A DNA stretch of 64,000 nucleotides from Gammaproteobacteria bacterium (lineage in GTDB: Bacteria; Pseudomonadota; Gammaproteobacteria; SZUA-229). The stretch spans positions 72,027 to 136,026 of the forward strand of contig JAGXGK010000003.1 in NCBI GenBank assembly GCA_024636785.1, written 5' to 3'. Under the pieces are notes generated by a model. The model did no database searches. It worked only from the letters and a program-made list of their open reading frames with translations, and had not been told where the DNA came from. Of the stretch, positions 27,978 through 37,772 are shown piece after piece (within the stretch, counting starts at the first letter, position 1; each line of letters opens with the position of its first letter). Position numbers and translations under genes: made by a program.

Positions 27978-29213
27978 ATGGCCATTTATCGACTGCTCAT
28001 CGTTATTCTCTCGCCGCTGATTTTCGCGCACCTGTTGTGGAAAAGCATTCGCCTGAAACAGCCGCGCTTTTTACTGCAAAGACTGGGATTAAAATTACAG
28101 CACATCCCGCAAAACTGTGTATGGTTTCACTGCGCCTCGGTGGGAGAGGTCAATACCATTCTGCCGCTGCTGCACGAACTGCACCAACGTCATCCTGAAC
28201 AGCCGTTTTTGATCACCACCAATACCAGCACCGGCGCGGAGATTATTGCGCACCAGAATCTGCCCTGGCTGCATCATGCTTTTCTGCCTATGGACTGGAA
28301 CCTGACCACGCTCAGTTTTATTCGCCGGCTCAAACCCATCGCGCTTTTTCTGATCGAGACCGAGTTATGGCCGAACCTGATCGTGCTCTGCAGCAATAAT
28401 GGCATTGCGGTGAATATCATCAATGGTCGACTTTCGGTAAAAACCACCGGTGCCAACAGCTGGGTGCGTTCGGTGTACCATCAGGTGCTGTCGCAGGTCA
28501 GTCACATTTATGTGCGCTCACAAACCGATCAGGATAATTATTTAAGGCTTGGTGCCGGCCGCGAACAGGTTTCCATACTGGGCAATCTGAAATTCATTCC
28601 GCCCGCATCAATAAATGCCCCATCACAGACAATAACCCGGCGCGATTATGTGCTGGTCGCCTCCTCACACCATGACGAGGAATATCAGATCGCCAGAATC
28701 TGGAACCAGCTCAACCGAAACGAACTGCTGGTGATAGCACCGCGCCACCCCGAACGCCGCGAGCACATCATCAAACAGCTGAAACAGATTGACGGCATCG
28801 ATACAAACACTCTCGCTCTGCGCAGTCACAATGACCCCGTTACCGGGCAGACACGCATCTACCTGCTCGATACAGTGGGTGAACTGATGCAGTGGTTTGC
28901 CCCGGCTAAACTGATCATCATGGCCGGTTCATTTAGCCATCGCGGCGGCCACAACCTCCTCGAACCCGCGCACTTCGGCAAGGCGATAATTTTTGGTCCG
29001 CACATGGAAAGCTTTGTCGATGAAAGCCAGCTACTGCTCGCGCAGAACGCTGCAGTGCAGGTGCAGAGTTTTGAAGAACTGGGGACTGCTATTAACGAGC
29101 TGCTGGATAATAAAAATGCCCGCCTGCAACTGGAAGCCAATGTTAAACAGACCCTCCAGCCGTTTGCCCGTATCGTGAATGATTATGCGGATGTGATTGC
29201 GCCGCAACTGTAG
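27978..29213 (+). CDS. waaA: 3-deoxy-D-manno-octulosonic acid (Kdo) transferase
   Basis: WFHCASVGEV, ETELWPNL, GGSF..RGGHNLLEPA motifs. Its position next to lpxL and kdkA supports the call. Confidence 0.9.
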   Translation: MAIYRLLIVILSPLIFAHLLWKSIRLKQPRFLLQRLGLKLQHIPQNCVWFHCASVGEVNTILPLLHELHQRHPEQPFLITTNTSTGAEIIAHQNLPWLHHAFLPMDWNLTTLSFIRRLKPIALFLIETELWPNLIVLCSNNGIAVNIINGRLSVKTTGANSWVRSVYHQVLSQVSHIYVRSQTDQDNYLRLGAGREQVSILGNLKFIPPASINAPSQTITRRDYVLVASSHHDEEYQIARIWNQLNRNELLVIAPRHPERREHIIKQLKQIDGIDTNTLALRSHNDPVTGQTRIYLLDTVGELMQWFAPAKLIIMAGSFSHRGGHNLLEPAHFGKAIIFGPHMESFVDESQLLLAQNAAVQVQSFEELGTAINELLDNKNARLQLEANVKQTLQPFARIVNDYADVIAPQL

Positions 29214-29225
29214 GTGTTTGACGTT

Positions 29226-29364
29226 ACGCAGATAAACTAAAAAAACAAGATCTATATCCGCGAAGAACGCAAAAGACGCGAAAAAAGCAAAACAATAGCT
29301 TTTAATGGTTTTTTTGGCGTCCTTTGCGTTCTTCGCGGACTGAGGCTTTTGTTTTTATCTGCGT
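29226..29364. repeat. Palindromic REP/MITE-like element between the convergent waaA and kdkA genes
   Basis: Inner arms tccgcgaagaacgcaaaagacgc (29257-29279) and gcgtcctttgcgttcttcgcgga (29317-29339). Outer arms acgcagataaa / tttatctgcgt. A ttatctgcg direct repeat follows. Confidence 0.85.
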
Positions 29365-30104
29365 TTATCTGCGTTCATCTGTGGACTAACTTTATAACCC
29401 TGCAACAGCTGCTTCCAGTTATGTTCGTCAAAGTAGAAAACCTGATTCAGCGATTTGAATTTCAGCAGCGAACGTTTCAGCCGCGCCAGATTCGAGGCTT
29501 TCCACGAGTCCCCCAGATAACGAAATGCACTCTTATCAAAATCGATTAAATACACTTTATTTTCGCTGAGCAGAATATTTCTCACGTTCAGGTCGGCATG
29601 ATAAACATCGTGATCATGGAAGCGGCGGATACAGCGCCCGACTTCCTGCCACACTGCATCGTCGGCGGGAGAATGCAGCAGTTGATCGGCCAGGGTTTGC
29701 GCGTGGGGGATTTCCAGCGTAATCAGCGCGGCGCGAAAAAACAGTCCTGAGCGTTCTGCGCTCGCGGCCACCGGCACCGGAGCGGGCAATTGCAGTTGCT
29801 GCAACTGGTGCAGCAGACGGAACTCCTTGAACGAGCGACTGTGTTGCGGATTAATGCCGAAGTAGCGATCGCCCAGCACAGGCGCGATGAGACCGCCGCG
29901 AAGATACTGTTTGAGCACCAGGTCGTGGCCCTGATAGTGAAAGAACCGGGCTTCGGCACGACCAATGGCCGCCGCTTTTTCTGTCGATGACTTTGCAGCC
30001 GGAGAAAACAACATTTCATCCGGATGTTCAATCAGCATCGCCTCATATAGGATATGATGCTGGCCAATATTTTTAATTTTTATACTTTCCGATGACACTG
30101 TCAC
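29355..30104 (-). CDS. kdkA: 3-deoxy-D-manno-octulosonic acid kinase
   Basis: Kinase-like core (VLKQYLRGG, HDHDVYHADLNVRNILL, IDFDK). The last few codons run into the repeat element. Confidence 0.85.
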   Translation of the reverse strand: MTVSSESIKIKNIGQHHILYEAMLIEHPDEMLFSPAAKSSTEKAAAIGRAEARFFHYQGHDLVLKQYLRGGLIAPVLGDRYFGINPQHSRSFKEFRLLHQLQQLQLPAPVPVAASAERSGLFFRAALITLEIPHAQTLADQLLHSPADDAVWQEVGRCIRRFHDHDVYHADLNVRNILLSENKVYLIDFDKSAFRYLGDSWKASNLARLKRSLLKFKSLNQVFYFDEHNWKQLLQGYKVSPQMNADKRR

Positions 30105-31186
30105 AATTTAACCTTTCAAAGCCGCCCAAAAATATCTGCATTCTTCGGCTGTCCGCGCTGGGTGATATTACTCATACCTTGCCGGTTTTGCGCACGCTGC
30201 AAAAAAACTGGCCAGAGATGCCGATCACCTGGATTATCGGCAAGACCGAATATGAACTGGTCAAGGGTGTCGAGGGCGTGGAGTTTATCATCTTTGATAA
30301 ATCGCAGGGTTTCTCCGCCTACCTCGCCCTCCGTCAACAAATGCAGGGTCGCCATTTTGATGTGTTGCTGCACCTGCAGGTGTCACTACGCGCATCGGCG
30401 ATCAGTTTTCTGGTGCCCGCTACGATCAAGCTGGGTTTCGACCGCGAGCGCGCCAAAGATTTGCAGTGGCTGTTCACCAACCGCAAAATTAAACCGGCCT
30501 CCACCCGCCAGCACGTGGTCGACAGTTTCATGGCATTCACCGCCTATTTCGACCTGAAGCCGGTGCTGGAGTGGGATCTGCCGGTTCTGGAGAGCGCCCG
30601 CCAGAGTCTCAGACATAAACTGGACAAAGAGTGGCTGAGCCATGCAAAAGGTGAAAACCGGCTGCTAGTAATCAACCCCTGTGCGGTGGCCAAATCACGC
30701 AACTGGCGCGACTGGAATATCGACGGTTATGCAGCTGTCGCCGATTATGCCAGCGCACAGCTCGGCATGAAGGTGATACTCAGTGGCGGCTCCTCAATGC
30801 GCGAACAGAATGTCGCTGCCGCCATTTTTTCGCTGTGCAGCGAAAAACCGCTGAATCTGGTCGGCCAGACCAGTATCGCCGAACTGGTCGCGCTGCTGGA
30901 CATGGCCAGCGTAGTGATCGCGCCGGACACCGGCCCGGCGCACATTGCCAATGCCCTGAATACGCCGGTGATCGGCCTGTACGCCGCCACCAATCCGCAG
31001 CGCGCCGGGCCGTATCGTTTCCAGAAACTGGTGGTAAACCACTATGAGCAGGCGTTGCAGAAATATTACAGCTCGAGTATCGGTGACGCCTCGTGGGGCC
31101 AGCGCATTCAGAACGCTGAATGCATGGCCCTGATCAAGCCAGATGAGGTGCTCAAGAAGCTGAGAAAAGCGCTCGAGCCTTTATAG
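30092..31186 (+). CDS. Glycosyltransferase family 9 (LPS heptosyltransferase family; WaaC-like position)
   Basis: ILRLSALGDITHTLPVLRTL and the C-terminal VIAPDTGPAHIANAL motif. Confidence 0.8.
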   Translation: MTLSQFNLSKPPKNICILRLSALGDITHTLPVLRTLQKNWPEMPITWIIGKTEYELVKGVEGVEFIIFDKSQGFSAYLALRQQMQGRHFDVLLHLQVSLRASAISFLVPATIKLGFDRERAKDLQWLFTNRKIKPASTRQHVVDSFMAFTAYFDLKPVLEWDLPVLESARQSLRHKLDKEWLSHAKGENRLLVINPCAVAKSRNWRDWNIDGYAAVADYASAQLGMKVILSGGSSMREQNVAAAIFSLCSEKPLNLVGQTSIAELVALLDMASVVIAPDTGPAHIANALNTPVIGLYAATNPQRAGPYRFQKLVVNHYEQALQKYYSSSIGDASWGQRIQNAECMALIKPDEVLKKLRKALEPL

Positions 31187-32683
31187 CGGACAGCCTGTAT
31201 AATCCGGGTTGCGATACGCCTTCCAGCTGTCGTCCGCCTTTTTCTCGATGCTGAACTCATCCTTCACTTCAGCCTTATCATTGAGATAACGCACGGTCAG
31301 CTGATCACCGGTAACATCAATAAGTAACGAACCCGCTTCCATCATGTCCACGGCCATCGCTGGATGATCCAGCTTTGCACCATCGACCTTGGCGGAAGCC
31401 CCCGCTACTATGTAAACCGTGCCTGAATGCGGCATGGCGCGCTCGCTCTTGTGCTTGATAAATTTCGCATTGCGACCTTCAACACCTTCCGAAACGATAT
31501 TTTTCCGGCTGAATTCTGCTGAATCCCCATACTGGCAGCCCATCAGATAAGAGCGCTCATAAACATGGCTGTGCCCGGCCAGCACCAGATCGGCACCGTA
31601 TTTTTCCAGCACTGGCAGTACCTGCCGGCGCATCTCTACCAGCCGTCCCCCGCTGTCACCCTCATCGTCCGAATCGTGCGACCCCTTGCTGTAAGGTGGA
31701 TGGTGGAAGGCGACGATCAGCCAGTCCTGGGTGTTGGCCTCCAGGTCCTTCTGCAACCAGTTGAGCATGGCACCACCGGGTTCGCGATCGCTGGCCTGCG
31801 AATCGAGCATGACATAGTGAATATTGGCGTAATCGAAGGAGTAATAATTTTCGGTCGCCGAAGGCACACCGCCCGATTCCGCCTGCTCGGGCAGGGAGAA
31901 AATATCAAAAAATGTCCAGCGGCGATCATCGTGATTACCATACACCGGCCACAGCGCGATATTTTTAAAAATGGCCGGATAGGCGTCGAACAGCGCGGCC
32001 TGATACTGCTGATTTGAACCCGAACGGTAGGCGTTATCACCCAGCGCCAGCCATTGATCCAGATAAGGTCTGCCCTGACGTGGATGACTGCCGACCCAGT
32101 CTTTCATGGCATCACGCACCGCTCGCTGCACTTCACCCGGATCCCCGGAATCACCGATGACCCACAAGCGGACCGCTGCTTCGCCGCCGGTGGCGGGTGC
32201 GGTCATAAACCAGTCATCCTCTGTGCCGCCGTAGATCATGGCTTCGTCATTGCCCACGGCGTAGTAGTAGCGTTGCGATGCTTTCAAGCCGGTCAGGCGC
32301 AATTCGTGGGCTTCACCGGCTTCAGGTTCTCCGGCCTGCATGTTCAAGTCATCCGGGCTGAGGCCGTAACGCACCACTCCGATTTCGGCTTCGTCGCTGT
32401 GCCAGAGCACGCTAATGGCTTCGGCTGCCTGCTTCTGGAAATAGGGTGCACGCGCTCCCTCAATCTGACTGTCGGTGTAGACCACATAAAAACGCGCCAC
32501 GCCGTAAAACAGCAGCAACGCTAGAAATGAAACCGAAACCCATTTAAGTATTCGTTTTAACCACAACACAATAGTTTTCAAGAGATTTTTATCCTGCCAA
32601 TAAAATAACTGCTCAGGCAAATATGATACAATTCCGCCCCTGTAATTACTATTAAAGCATTGTTTTCCCAACTTCAAATTCAT
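31181..32683 (-). CDS. Membrane-anchored metallophosphoesterase (calcineurin-like / purple-acid-phosphatase-like)
   Basis: Motifs GDSGD, GDNAY, GNHD, FHHPPY and GHSHVYER. The start is uncertain (ATG 32683, GTG 32689 or TTG 32581). Confidence 0.75.
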   Translation of the reverse strand: MNLKLGKQCFNSNYRGGIVSYLPEQLFYWQDKNLLKTIVLWLKRILKWVSVSFLALLLFYGVARFYVVYTDSQIEGARAPYFQKQAAEAISVLWHSDEAEIGVVRYGLSPDDLNMQAGEPEAGEAHELRLTGLKASQRYYYAVGNDEAMIYGGTEDDWFMTAPATGGEAAVRLWVIGDSGDPGEVQRAVRDAMKDWVGSHPRQGRPYLDQWLALGDNAYRSGSNQQYQAALFDAYPAIFKNIALWPVYGNHDDRRWTFFDIFSLPEQAESGGVPSATENYYSFDYANIHYVMLDSQASDREPGGAMLNWLQKDLEANTQDWLIVAFHHPPYSKGSHDSDDEGDSGGRLVEMRRQVLPVLEKYGADLVLAGHSHVYERSYLMGCQYGDSAEFSRKNIVSEGVEGRNAKFIKHKSERAMPHSGTVYIVAGASAKVDGAKLDHPAMAVDMMEAGSLLIDVTGDQLTVRYLNDKAEVKDEFSIEKKADDSWKAYRNPDYTGCPL

Positions 32684-34697
32684 GATCACTTACCTGAAAA
32701 AATTACCCAGACTGCATATTTATATCGTCCAGTATGTTGCCAGCCTGCTGCTACTACAGAGCTTGCTACGTCTGGTCTTCTTTTTCAAATTCGCACCTGC
32801 CACCAATCCACTGCCTGCCAGTGATATTGCCTGGGCCTTTTATCTCGGACTGAAGTATGATTTGCAGTTCGCGCTGATTCTGAGCCTGCCAATTTTCCTG
32901 CTCGGCTGGATACCCGGTATTCATCCCGTCTTCAATTTGGCGGGGCGACGCATCTGGGCCGGATACATCATTGTGACAGTCATTGCCCTGCTTGCGTTCC
33001 ATGCCAGTAACTTCGGCTATTACGCGTATCTGGCCCAGAGCCTCGATGCAACTTCACTGCGCTTTCTGGAAAACCCGCTGATCTCGGCCTCCATGGTCTG
33101 GCAGACCTACCCGGTAATCTGGGGCGCGCTCATCATGTCCGCCATGGTGTGGATCTATTATCGCCTGCTCAGAACCGCCAATCTGGGCATTGATGCGAGC
33201 AAGCGTCTACAGGTCAAGTGGAAAGGCAAAACCGGCATCGTCATCGTCACCTTTTTCGTGGTGCTGTTCGGCCTGTTTGGAAAAATATCCTATTACCCGT
33301 TACGCTGGAGCGATGCTTTTTTCAGCAGCACCCACACCTTTACCGCCTACCTGACCTCCAACCCGGTGATGTATTTCGCCAACACATTAAAGAACAGCGT
33401 CGAGAGCTATGATCTTGAGGCAGCGAAAAAATACTACCCGCTGATGGCGGACTATCTCGGTGTCGATCAGGCCGATCCGGAAAACCTGAATTACACCCGC
33501 ACCGTTACTTTTGAGAACAGTGCGAATGAACCACGCCCGAATGTGGTCATCGTTATCATCGAATCCCTGGCGGCCCACAAAACCGGGCTATCCGGCAACC
33601 CGCTAAACCCGACCCCTAACCTCGATCGCATCGCTGAAGAGGGCGTCTATTTCAGCAATCACTTCGTGCCGCATACCGGCACCGCGCGTTCGGTGTGGGC
33701 GCTGATCACCGGCCTGCCCGATATTGAAAAAAACCGGACTTCAACGCGCAATCCGTTGATCGTCAAACAGCACAGCATCGTCAATGATTTCAGCGGCTAT
33801 GATCGCAGCTACTTCCTCGGCGGCAGCGCCAGCTGGGCCAATATTCGCGGCCTGCTCTCCGCCAACATCGAAGACCTGAGCATCTATGAAGAGGGCAGCT
33901 ATGAATCTGAACGCGTCGATGTCTGGGGTATCTCGGATCTCAGCCTGTTCAAAGAAGCCAATGCAGTCCTGAAAAAGAAACAGGGTCCATTCATCAGCAT
34001 CATCCAGACTTCAGGCAATCACCGACCCTACACCATCCCCGAGGACAACGACGGTTTTGTTCTGCTCACTGAAAATGATCTGGCGCACCCGATATCAGAA
34101 TATGGCTTTTTCCATCTCGATGAGCTGAATGCCTACCGCTTCATGGATCACAGCATCGGCCGGTTTATGGAAATGGCGAGAAAGGAAGACTATTTTGATA
34201 ATACCCTGTTCGTGTTCTTTGGCGACCACGGCATCGTTGGCCACACCGGCAACCATACGCCGATCTCCGAAGAGCAGCTCGACATATCCAGTTACCGGGT
34301 ACCGCTGGTCATGTATGGCCCGAGAGTGCTAAAACAAAGCGGTGCCATTACAACGGTCGCCAGCGAGATTGATATCCTGCCGACCATCGCTGCGCTAACA
34401 AAAAACAGTTACACAAATACCACGCTGGGACGCGATCTTTTCGACCCGGCTTTTGATAAAATGCGCTATGCCTTCACGATCTCACACGGGAGCTTCAGAA
34501 CCATCGGCCTGCTCAACGATCAATTCTTTCAGAAAATAAAATTCGACGGCTCCGACCCGCATCTCTATCAGCTGGGCACGGAAACTCCCACCAGAAATCT
34601 GATGACGGAAAAACCCGAACTCAATAACACCATGATGACGCTCACTTCGGCCATTAATGCCACGGTAAGATACCTCAGGGAAAACAATCAACATTAA
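32682..34697 (+). CDS. LTA-synthase/sulfatase-family membrane protein (alkaline-phosphatase superfamily; probable phospho-substituent transferase)
   Basis: About 5 N-terminal TM segments followed by a sulfatase-like domain (VVIVIIESL, GTARSVWALITG, FFGDHG). Confidence 0.75.
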   Translation: MITYLKKLPRLHIYIVQYVASLLLLQSLLRLVFFFKFAPATNPLPASDIAWAFYLGLKYDLQFALILSLPIFLLGWIPGIHPVFNLAGRRIWAGYIIVTVIALLAFHASNFGYYAYLAQSLDATSLRFLENPLISASMVWQTYPVIWGALIMSAMVWIYYRLLRTANLGIDASKRLQVKWKGKTGIVIVTFFVVLFGLFGKISYYPLRWSDAFFSSTHTFTAYLTSNPVMYFANTLKNSVESYDLEAAKKYYPLMADYLGVDQADPENLNYTRTVTFENSANEPRPNVVIVIIESLAAHKTGLSGNPLNPTPNLDRIAEEGVYFSNHFVPHTGTARSVWALITGLPDIEKNRTSTRNPLIVKQHSIVNDFSGYDRSYFLGGSASWANIRGLLSANIEDLSIYEEGSYESERVDVWGISDLSLFKEANAVLKKKQGPFISIIQTSGNHRPYTIPEDNDGFVLLTENDLAHPISEYGFFHLDELNAYRFMDHSIGRFMEMARKEDYFDNTLFVFFGDHGIVGHTGNHTPISEEQLDISSYRVPLVMYGPRVLKQSGAITTVASEIDILPTIAALTKNSYTNTTLGRDLFDPAFDKMRYAFTISHGSFRTIGLLNDQFFQKIKFDGSDPHLYQLGTETPTRNLMTEKPELNNTMMTLTSAINATVRYLRENNQH

Positions 34698-34712
34698 CAG
34701 TAAGAAACCATT

Positions 34713-36059
34713 ATGAATATTTCAGTGATTGGCACCGGCTACGTAGGACTTGTTACAGGCACCTGTTTTGCCGAGATGGGACACAATGTCATATGTGTGG
34801 ATATCGACCAGCAGAAAATCGAAAACCTGAAAATTGGCATTCTCCCCATCTATGAGCCAGGACTGGAAGAGATGGTGCGCAAAAACACCAGCGAAAAAAG
34901 ATTACATTTCACTACCGACATTCACGAAGCAGCAAAGGCTTCGACCATTCATTTCATCGCCGTGGGCACCCCGCCCGGTGAAGGTAGCGCGGCGGATCTG
35001 CGTTATGTGCAGGCAGTGGCGAAACAACTCGGGGAATCCATTACCGCACCGCACAATATTATTATTGATAAATCCACTGTGCCGGTAGGCACGGCCGATA
35101 AAGTCAGCGAAATTATTCAGCAGGGTCTGAGTGACAGAAATCTGGAACTTGAATTTGATGTGGTCAGCAACCCCGAGTTTCTCAAGGAAGGCGCAGCCAT
35201 CGACGACTTCATGAACCCCGACCGGGTGGTAATTGGCGTCAATTCCGAAAGAGCTCGAAAAATCATGCATGATCTGTATGCACCTTTCATGCGCAGTCAT
35301 GAGCGCATCATGATGATGGGCGTGCGCGGTGCAGAGATGACTAAATATGCTTCCAATGCCATGCTCGCCACCAAAATTTCTTTCATGAATGAAATGTCCG
35401 AAATCTGCGAGAAGCTGGAAGTAGACATCGAAGATGTTCGACTGGGCATGGGTTCCGACTCACGCATCGGTTATGAATTCATCTACCCCGGCTGCGGTTA
35501 CGGCGGCTCCTGCTTTCCCAAAGACGTTAAAGCGCTGGTCAGCATGGCCGCTGGCTGTGGCGTGCCTTCGGATGTGCTGCACGCGGTGGAACTCAGAAAC
35601 CAGCGTCAGAAAGAGCATCTGGGAAAAAGGATAAACCGCTATTTTGATCACGACCTGAAAGGCAAAACATTCTGTCTCTGGGGGCTGGCCTTCAAGCCCG
35701 GCACCGATGACATGCGCGAAGCCTCTTCATTACAGATTATCAAAGACCTGATCGATGCCGGTGCAAAAATTCACGCCTTTGATCCGGTCGCCACCGAAAC
35801 CGCCACCGCCGAAATACCGGCAGCCTGGCTGAGCAATGGTGATGTCACCTTTTTCGATGACATGTACGCGGCCGTGGAAAACAGCGACGCGCTGATTCTG
35901 GCGACCGAGTGGAAACAGTTCCGCAGCCCGGACTTTAACAGCATCAAACAGAAACTGAATGCGCCGATTATTTTCGATGGCCGCAATCAATACGAGCCCG
36001 CGCAGATGAAAGAGCTGGGCTTTGTCTACTTCGGTATCGGCAGAACAAACCAGGGCTAA
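34713..36059 (+). CDS. ugd: UDP-glucose 6-dehydrogenase
   Basis: ISVIGTGYVGLVTG, GGSCFPKD catalytic Cys, C-terminal UDP-binding domain. Confidence 0.9.
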   Translation: MNISVIGTGYVGLVTGTCFAEMGHNVICVDIDQQKIENLKIGILPIYEPGLEEMVRKNTSEKRLHFTTDIHEAAKASTIHFIAVGTPPGEGSAADLRYVQAVAKQLGESITAPHNIIIDKSTVPVGTADKVSEIIQQGLSDRNLELEFDVVSNPEFLKEGAAIDDFMNPDRVVIGVNSERARKIMHDLYAPFMRSHERIMMMGVRGAEMTKYASNAMLATKISFMNEMSEICEKLEVDIEDVRLGMGSDSRIGYEFIYPGCGYGGSCFPKDVKALVSMAAGCGVPSDVLHAVELRNQRQKEHLGKRINRYFDHDLKGKTFCLWGLAFKPGTDDMREASSLQIIKDLIDAGAKIHAFDPVATETATAEIPAAWLSNGDVTFFDDMYAAVENSDALILATEWKQFRSPDFNSIKQKLNAPIIFDGRNQYEPAQMKELGFVYFGIGRTNQG

Positions 36060-36065
36060 TACAGC

Positions 36066-37001
36066 ATGAGTAAAAAACGAATTCTAGTGACCGGCGGCGC
36101 CGGCTTTCTCGGCACCAATTTAACCGCGCGCCTGCTCAATGAAGGCCACCATATCATCTGCGTCGATAACTTTCTCTCCGGCCTGAAAGAACACATCGTA
36201 GGCTTTCTCGACAATCCGAATTACCAGCTGATCGAACACGACATCATCGACCCGATTGATCTCGAAGTCGATGAGATCTACAACCTGGCCTGCGCCGGTT
36301 CGCCGCCGCATTATCAGGCCAACCCGATACACACCACCAAAACCTGCGTACACGGCATTCTGAATATGCTGGAGCTGGCGAAAAAAAATAACGCCCGAAT
36401 CATGCAAGCTTCGACCAGTGAAGTATATGGCGACCCGGAAGTGCATCCGCAGGTGGAAAGCTATCTGGGCAATGTTAACCCGAATGGCATCCGCTCCTGT
36501 TACGACGAAGGCAAGCGCTGTGCCGAATCGCTGTGCTTCGATCACCAGCGCATGTACGGCACCAACATCAAGATTGCACGAATTTTTAATACTTATGGCC
36601 CGCACATGGACCCGAAAGACGGCCGCGTAGTTTCCAACTTCATTGTGCAGTCACTGCGTGACGAGCCACTGACGGTTTACGGCGATGGTTCACAGACGCG
36701 CTCTTTCTGTTACGTCGATGATTTGATTGAAGGCTTCATCCGCCTGATGGCCAGCGAGAACTTTACCGGCCCGGTCAACCTCGGCAACCCCGTTGAGTTC
36801 ACCGTGAAAGAGCTGGCGGAAAAAACTTTGCAGATGATCAATCCAGAGGCGCAAGTCAGCTATCTGCCACTGCCCTCGGATGACCCCACCAAACGCAAAC
36901 CGGATATCACTCTGGCGAAATCAAAACTGGGCTGGGAACCGAGCATTGCGCTTGATGACGGCCTGATAAAAACCATCGAATATTTCAAGAGCGTTGTCTA
37001 A
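36066..37001 (+). CDS. UDP-glucuronate decarboxylase (UDP-xylose synthase-like SDR)
   Basis: [38 protein letters not shown]. This is the characteristic UXS pattern, and the gene follows ugd directly. Confidence 0.8.
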   Translation: MSKKRILVTGGAGFLGTNLTARLLNEGHHIICVDNFLSGLKEHIVGFLDNPNYQLIEHDIIDPIDLEVDEIYNLACAGSPPHYQANPIHTTKTCVHGILNMLELAKKNNARIMQASTSEVYGDPEVHPQVESYLGNVNPNGIRSCYDEGKRCAESLCFDHQRMYGTNIKIARIFNTYGPHMDPKDGRVVSNFIVQSLRDEPLTVYGDGSQTRSFCYVDDLIEGFIRLMASENFTGPVNLGNPVEFTVKELAEKTLQMINPEAQVSYLPLPSDDPTKRKPDITLAKSKLGWEPSIALDDGLIKTIEYFKSVV

Positions 37002-37010
37002 CTAACGACC

Positions 37011-37772
37011 ATGGCAAAAATCAGCGCCTGCATCATCTCTTATAACGAAGAGAAAAAAATTGAAGACTGCCTGAAAAGTTTATTGCCTATTGTCGATGAA
37101 ATCATCATCGTCGATTCACTCAGCAGCGACAACACGTTGAAAATTGCCGAAAAATATACCGATAAAGTATTTCACCAGAAGTTTCTCGGTCACATCGAAC
37201 AAAAGAACCTTGCCGTTGAGAAAGCCTCTCACGACTGGATCATCAGCCTCGACTGCGATGAAAGACTCACGGAAGAGTTACAGCAGTCTATCCTCGCCAT
37301 CAAGGCCCAGCTTGATCAGACTTCCGCTGACGCTTACTGCATGGCGAGAAAAACATTTTATATTTATCGCTGGCTTAATCACTGCTGGTATCCGGATACC
37401 AAAACCCGATTGTTTAATAAACAAACGGCGCACTGGGGCGGCACCAATCCGCACGACCACGTCATCACCGACGGTGACAACATTATCAAACTTGATGGCG
37501 ATATCCAGCACTACTCTTTCGATGACCTATCCGCGCATCTGCAAACCATCGACAAGTTCACAGAAATTGGCGCGGACGAGATCATCCGAAAAAACAAAAA
37601 AGCATCCATCTTCAGCCCGCTAACGCACGGCTTCTGGACCTTCATCAAAATCTATTTTATCAAGCGCGGCTTCCTCGACGGCTTTGCCGGTCTGCTGGTG
37701 GCTACGCTCTCGTTCATGCATGTATTCGTCAAGTACAGCAAGGTGATCATCAAACGCAGGCAATCCGCATGA
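37011..37772 (+). CDS. Glycosyltransferase family 2 (WaaE/KdtX-like LPS core glycosyltransferase)
   Basis: ISACIISYNEEKKIEDCL...IIIVDSLSSDNT...LDCDE, plus a C-terminal amphipathic/TM tail. Confidence 0.8.
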   Translation: MAKISACIISYNEEKKIEDCLKSLLPIVDEIIIVDSLSSDNTLKIAEKYTDKVFHQKFLGHIEQKNLAVEKASHDWIISLDCDERLTEELQQSILAIKAQLDQTSADAYCMARKTFYIYRWLNHCWYPDTKTRLFNKQTAHWGGTNPHDHVITDGDNIIKLDGDIQHYSFDDLSAHLQTIDKFTEIGADEIIRKNKKASIFSPLTHGFWTFIKIYFIKRGFLDGFAGLLVATLSFMHVFVKYSKVIIKRRQSA

